Below are positions 59,147 through 64,000 of a DNA stretch of 64,000 nucleotides, in pieces. Position 1 is the stretch's first letter, and each line of letters starts with the position of its first letter. The notes beneath the pieces were generated by a model. The model saw only the letters and a list, made by a program, of their open reading frames with translations, did not search any database and was not told the origin of the DNA. The position numbers were made by a program, and so were the translations under genes. Location: the NCBI GenBank assembly GCA_964458595.1, contig CAYWJQ010000003.1, positions 48,200 to 112,199 of the forward strand, in the 5' to 3' direction. This DNA is from an uncultured Thermoplasmata archaeon (GTDB taxonomy: Archaea; Thermoplasmatota; Thermoplasmata; Halarchaeoplasmatales; Halarchaeoplasmataceae).

Positions 59147-59899
59147 TCAGCTCTTGATCGCTTCCTTGGGATTTTCTCTCAGATCTTTCACATCTATCTC
59201 TACGCCTTCATTACCTTCCTGGTAATTTTGCTGTGATACAAATGTAGCCGAAAGGTCATTGAATTCAACTTTACCGTAGCCTCTTGTTCCCTGACCTCCG
59301 AGATAAGAGTCTTCTAATAGGTCCATAGCCTCGAAAAGCACCGGGATAAAGGCATAATCGTCCTTTTCTGCCTTAGGCACGTCGTAAAGTCCGAATACAA
59401 ACTCGACTTCGAACTCGGACCCCTTCGGAACTCTTTCAAAATCTCTAGGAGTGGCGCTCGATTCGAGCCTGTTTATGGAGTTCTCCTTCTTCCATTCGGT
59501 GTAAAGAAGGTCAGTATCCATTTCTTTCCACATCTTCTTCGTCTCTTCAGTTGGATGGGCATCTCTTACCGTAAGGCGAGTGGGACCGATCTTATAGCCT
59601 TCGTCAGAAGAAGAACCAAATACCCTACAGATTTCACATTCGATTGCAGACTCTTCATCACTGCACTCGTGCACTTCCCCGTCCTCCATGACAGCGCCTT
59701 CTTCCCATTCAGTTAAGGATCTCATCTTACCTTTAAGAGAACTACCCGGCACGTACGGGTATCCAGAGGGATCCCTTATCACGGGTTGATCAATACCTCC
59801 GATCTCCTGGGTCTCTTTGTTACCTCCAATCTGTAATCCAGTCTTGCAAACAAGGTTGGCTTTTACTACCAAATTTCCCAAAAATTCGGCTCCGCTCAT
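59147..59899 (-). CDS. csm3: Type III-A Csm3
   Basis: TGLQIGG, IGGID (catalytic Asp), PGSSLKGKMRS, LGGQGTRGYG. Confidence 0.95.
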   Translation of the reverse strand: MSGAEFLGNLVVKANLVCKTGLQIGGNKETQEIGGIDQPVIRDPSGYPYVPGSSLKGKMRSLTEWEEGAVMEDGEVHECSDEESAIECEICRVFGSSSDEGYKIGPTRLTVRDAHPTEETKKMWKEMDTDLLYTEWKKENSINRLESSATPRDFERVPKGSEFEVEFVFGLYDVPKAEKDDYAFIPVLFEAMDLLEDSYLGGQGTRGYGKVEFNDLSATFVSQQNYQEGNEGVEIDVKDLRENPKEAIKS

Positions 59900-59903
59900 T
59901 TTT

Positions 59904-60305
59904 TCACTTCTCCGAAAAATATCTATGGTATCCAATAAAGGACTCCATCAATTTGAAAAAATTTTCAATATCTTCAACATCGTCTACTTTTTCGATGAGT
60001 TCGTCAATCGCCTCTTTGAGACCACCAATATCTTCTTTTCTAGCTGCTGCATAGGCTAACTTTGGTCTGACGAGATTTAGTTCGCTTATGGTGTTCTGAA
60101 CTTCTTTTTCCTTGTCCTCAACTGCGTTCCAATCAACCTGTATTTTCTTTATATCATTGTATATTTTTCTAACCTGGGTTTTGTTACCCTGGTGTTCTTT
60201 ACCCATCTTCTCGGCTAACTCATTTATCTCTTTTCCATCCAGACTTCCAATATCTTCCGGCAAGTCTAAACTCTTCCTTCCTTTAGCTCCTCTTTTCCTG
60301 CTCAT
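59904..60305 (-). CDS. csm2: Type III-A Csm2 small subunit
   Basis: TQVRKIY, PKLAYAAAR, ESFIGYHRY. Confidence 0.93.
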   Translation of the reverse strand: MSRKRGAKGRKSLDLPEDIGSLDGKEINELAEKMGKEHQGNKTQVRKIYNDIKKIQVDWNAVEDKEKEVQNTISELNLVRPKLAYAAARKEDIGGLKEAIDELIEKVDDVEDIENFFKLMESFIGYHRYFSEK

Positions 60306-60308
60306 TTC

Positions 60309-62714
60309 TTATACAACCTCCTCTCTATTTTTGTAACTCACCCAAGACACGGGAATCCGGGCCCAGGGCACAATTTTAGGTATATCCTCATCTAATTTGT
60401 CAAACAATTTTCCGTCAGAATCATATTTTCTAGCCAATAGATACTTGAATTTAGGGATGTATCGTTTCTTCTCTTCCGCTTCCTTGGAAGTTACGAATGT
60501 TTTATCGTAAGGATGCTTTATCTCTTCGTCTTTCTTCTGGAAAGTCATATCTCTAAAATTCAGAATCGCGTGTATGAACGACATAGACATATCACCCTCA
60601 TCAACCAGTTCATACAGCCATTCACCCATGTCAAGCAGTTCCTCGAAGCCGTTGTAGAATCCCATGTAATCAGAAGACCACGGTACCGTTTGGTTGAAGA
60701 CCGTTAGCTTGTCCTTGCCCGGCATCTCTTTTCCTCTCCCTGGAGAAGTAGCTTTCTTCGAGTAGTCGTCTAGAAGGGTTCCAGCCCTCTGACTTGCCCT
60801 CCCGATAGGAAAGCCGGGTTTTGCCACTGAAATACCCCCAGATATTGTCACATTGGGATTCTTTGCAGTAAATCTCGAAAAATGCTTCTTTATCTCTAAA
60901 GCTCCTTTCAAGGCGTCCTTCCAATCTCCAACAAGGAAAAGATCATCTCCTCCGGAGTATGTGACGTAAAGCTCGTGTTCCTCGGCTAAGGAGTTCATAT
61001 GGCCCAAGAAAAACAAGTTGAGAAATCGAGATAGTGTCGAGACTCTAGAAACGGTGTATTTGTTTTCAATGCTATCTTCCTTTTTAGAAGCTTCTTTTAA
61101 ACCAATAGCCACGACAGCTCCAAGATCATCGACATCCATCCTGAGGAAACCTATCCTTTCACCTAGATCCTCGAATGTTTTCAACAATTTTTCTCCATCG
61201 TCCTTGTAAGGGGCTGAATTGCCTAAAAACTTGAAACCTAAAGCTATATCAAGATCTGATTTCTTCACGTGTTCTGCTAAACCATCAGTGATAAAGTCTG
61301 AGTCGTTCAAAGAAAATATTGTCATTTTACCATCTGTATCGTTTTTTATCTTATTCAACCGCTCGTGGAGATCTTGAGAATCCCTGCAAATAAACCAGTA
61401 ATTGTCCAACCCATCAAAATTTATATCGGCGTCGTTCCCATCATACACACCTTCGATCTGGATCAAAAATTCCGCCTTGGGTAATGTTTGCCCTATCTCC
61501 TCGTGCGTTTTACACGAATCGCAGATCGGGTCATCGGTATTTTTTCTCATCCCGCATGCCTCGCACGGATCCCCTTCAGCTCTAGATAAAACAAAATCCT
61601 CTTTATCTAAAGTGTCCGAAAATTTTCTATGCTTTTTTACATCGCACTGATCGTTCAACTCTTCTATCAACTTCGGAAAGTCCTGATGTATATCTTCCTT
61701 GTCAAATTTTATAGAAGAAATAGCAAAGTAGAGCTCCCCTTCATATTTTTCAAAAAGATAATCGTTTATCTCCTCTACATGTTTCTTAATATCTTCTTCT
61801 AAACTCGAGGGAGCCAGGATGTAGAAATGACCGCCAGAACACCAGAGTTTTGAAGCCACACTGAGATCGAGCCTGTCCACCAAGTGATCAGCTACAGACT
61901 CGGTCAAGATGTTGACCAGGAACGATTTTCCCCTTAGCCTCTTGGCTGTACCCTCCTGAGTTTCCTTTTTCTCCAAGCTTTGTACATTATAGATAAAATC
62001 TTGAATCCCGGAGAGATCCCCTCCTATCAAAATCAACTTATCATCCTCGGACCTGTGAAGTGACTCGGCGAGAGCGGAAGTTGACCTTAGGTGGTCAAAA
62101 AGAGCTATATCAGGGACGCTGTAATATGCTGCTGACGGGATCTGAGAGGTGTACTTTTTTAGTAAATAATAAAGGGTGGTAAAAGAAGCGTCGTCCTTCT
62201 CGATGTTGAGTTTATTGAGCTCGTTCATCATGTTTTTCCACATCTCGTGATACTGGCTTCTAGCGGTTCCGCCACTAAGAGCAGTTTTCTTTTCTGATTT
62301 GGGGTATAGTCTTGTCTCGTCTTCTTCTAGGCATTTTACATTTAAAGGTGAAACTGGGTGATATCTTTCATTCTGAGAGGGTTCGTAAGTGTCTTCTTTC
62401 CCCGTTATATAACTGAAAACCGAGCGCAAGGGCCTCTCGACAACATCTTGGGTCTCTTCATCATCTTCTCTCTCCGAGGCTGACAGGTGATCTCCCTCTT
62501 GTATTAGATTGACTAGGTCCGCTTCGTCGCTCAATGAGGGGGTGTGATGATCGGATATAATCTGAGGTAAAGGCTGCTCTAATCCCAAATTTTCAGCAAA
62601 TTCTTTCCCCACCTCTGGATGTCTCCTGTTTTCGTCAAGCCCTCGCTGTCTAAACTTTCCTATATCGTGAATCAACCCACCAAATCTAATATCGAGTATA
62701 TCTGAATAATTCAT
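60309..62714 (-). CDS. cas10: Type III-A Cas10/Csm1
   Basis: HD domain IHDIGK, GDLSGIQDFIY, LRGKSF, MDVDDLG, YSGGDD cyclase motif. Confidence 0.96.
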   Translation of the reverse strand: MNYSDILDIRFGGLIHDIGKFRQRGLDENRRHPEVGKEFAENLGLEQPLPQIISDHHTPSLSDEADLVNLIQEGDHLSASEREDDEETQDVVERPLRSVFSYITGKEDTYEPSQNERYHPVSPLNVKCLEEDETRLYPKSEKKTALSGGTARSQYHEMWKNMMNELNKLNIEKDDASFTTLYYLLKKYTSQIPSAAYYSVPDIALFDHLRSTSALAESLHRSEDDKLILIGGDLSGIQDFIYNVQSLEKKETQEGTAKRLRGKSFLVNILTESVADHLVDRLDLSVASKLWCSGGHFYILAPSSLEEDIKKHVEEINDYLFEKYEGELYFAISSIKFDKEDIHQDFPKLIEELNDQCDVKKHRKFSDTLDKEDFVLSRAEGDPCEACGMRKNTDDPICDSCKTHEEIGQTLPKAEFLIQIEGVYDGNDADINFDGLDNYWFICRDSQDLHERLNKIKNDTDGKMTIFSLNDSDFITDGLAEHVKKSDLDIALGFKFLGNSAPYKDDGEKLLKTFEDLGERIGFLRMDVDDLGAVVAIGLKEASKKEDSIENKYTVSRVSTLSRFLNLFFLGHMNSLAEEHELYVTYSGGDDLFLVGDWKDALKGALEIKKHFSRFTAKNPNVTISGGISVAKPGFPIGRASQRAGTLLDDYSKKATSPGRGKEMPGKDKLTVFNQTVPWSSDYMGFYNGFEELLDMGEWLYELVDEGDMSMSFIHAILNFRDMTFQKKDEEIKHPYDKTFVTSKEAEEKKRYIPKFKYLLARKYDSDGKLFDKLDEDIPKIVPWARIPVSWVSYKNREEVV

Positions 62715-62791
62715 CTTACCCAAGCGACACCATAAGTTCATTGTCTATATTTAAATTTGATGGCATCTAATCAAAAGAGATTATTGTGCTC

Positions 62792-63778
62792 AAATAGATC
62801 CTTGTTTTTTTGGACATATTTTGCAAAATTCCGGACTTTATACCAGAAATGAAACGGGAAATGATTAGTTTCAATCCTTGTTTTTTCGGACATACCTTGC
62901 AACAATAATCCAAGAGATAGAACCGATTATTCAAATACCGAGTTTCAATCCTTGTTTTTTCGGACATACCTTGCAACCAAGACCTTCGAGAGGGAACTGA
63001 AACTGATAGATTCGTTTCAATCCTTGTTTTTTCGGACATACCTTGCAACAAAATGTCGAAAAAAACACCAAGTGCAGGAGATAAAAGTTTCAATCCTTGT
63101 TTTTTCGGACATACCTTGCAACTCAAAATCAGAGATAAAGGTAAATCAAAGTGGAATAAGTTTCAATCCTTGTTTTTTCGGACATACCTTGCAACGATGT
63201 TTTTTACAGCTTATACAAGAACTCTCCGAAAAGTTTCAATCCTTGTTTTTTCGGACATACCTTGCAACAAAATAATCAACAGCGGTTGTGGTCCTGTTTA
63301 AGAGAGTTTCAATCCTTGTTTTTTCGGACATACCTTGCAACGTAAAGTTAAAGAGGGCTGGAAGGTAGTAAGAAATGTTTCAATCCTTGTTTTTTCGGAC
63401 ATACCTTGCAACAAAGTTACGATTGAACAAACTGCAACGGGAACTAACGTTTCAATCCTTGTTTTTTCGGACATACCTTGCAACTCTACTATACCTTCTA
63501 CTTTCACTGTCTTAATTATTTCAGTTTCAATCCTTGTTTTTTCGGACATACCTTGCAACTTTACATCCTTATATAAAAGAATATCTATCCGAAAAGTTTC
63601 AATCCTTGTTTTTTCGGACATACCTTGCAACTTTGTTAGCTGGAGGGTGATCCGGGTCGGTCATATACTGTTTCAATCCTTGTTTTTTCGGACATACCTT
63701 GCAACAAAGATAGTGAGAGAATAATCATCAAATCTGATAATTGTTTCAATCCTTGTTTTTTCGGACATACCTTGCAAC
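62792..63778 (-). CRISPR. CRISPR array 2: 14 repeats (terminal one degenerate), 13 spacers
   Basis: Repeat GTTTCAATCCTTGTTTTTTCGGACATACCTTGCAAC on +. Confidence 0.98.
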
Positions 63779-63898
63779 AGGGTGGGTCTGGCTTTTTATT
63801 CACCATATAAAATAGGCTTTTTCTTTAAATAGTTAGCGGTTGAAGAGTCGTCTCTTCACCCAAAGCTATAAATATAATACCGTTCGACTCTTCAACTT
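63779..63898 (-). promoter_or_regulatory. CRISPR leader 2
   Basis: Near-identical copy of leader 1. Confidence 0.88.
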
Positions 63899-64000
63899 TC
63901 ACAGGATGAAGATGAATTTCTCAAATTATTGTTGAGACATAGTAATGTTTTTTTCATCTTAATCTTAGCAGATATCATAAAGAATACAATCAAGATTTGA

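Noticed and set aside
339-61650. Numerous Ser/Phe-rich antisense ORFs in the track
   Set aside because: Shadow frames of Glu/Lys-rich genes on the opposite strand
63899-64000. Gene end abutting leader 2, mirroring cas2 at leader 1
   Set aside because: The frame ending at the TGA at 63899-63901 has an in-frame TAA about nine codons upstream

Overview
Chromosomal window from an archaeon, most likely a salt-adapted anaerobic member of the Thermoplasmatota (inferred from the acidic proteome, archaeal information genes and NiFe-hydrogenase maturation genes). 1-42.5 kb is mostly core genome: RPA/RPAP, Kae1, RNase P RNA, Cdc6, TFB, archease, RadA, HypF, RNase HII, TruD, Rpo11, ThiC, a 2-oxoacid:ferredoxin oxidoreductase and an 8-gene oxidative-stress/iron cluster beside a Ptr2/LrpA-like regulator. 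42.6-50.1 kb is an accessory segment: two membrane-anchored caspase-fold (clan CD) proteins, a low-GC TPR-HEPN gene and a SWIM-finger gene. 50.1-63.9 kb is a complete type III-A CRISPR-Cas locus with two arrays, one split by an IS481-family element. The most unusual signal is non-coding: about 13 back-to-back hairpins at 30.49-30.97 kb, eight of them RGAA...TTCY palindromes at a ~28-nt period, lying downstream of an NYN ribonuclease gene and a conserved hypothetical gene. Further unannotated structured elements are a promoter-and-terminator-bounded ~78-nt stem-loop at 23.4 kb, a multi-branch fold at 49.8 kb, and structured leaders of tfb and of the oxidative-stress cluster. All protein calls come from motif recognition by eye; no database searches were run.
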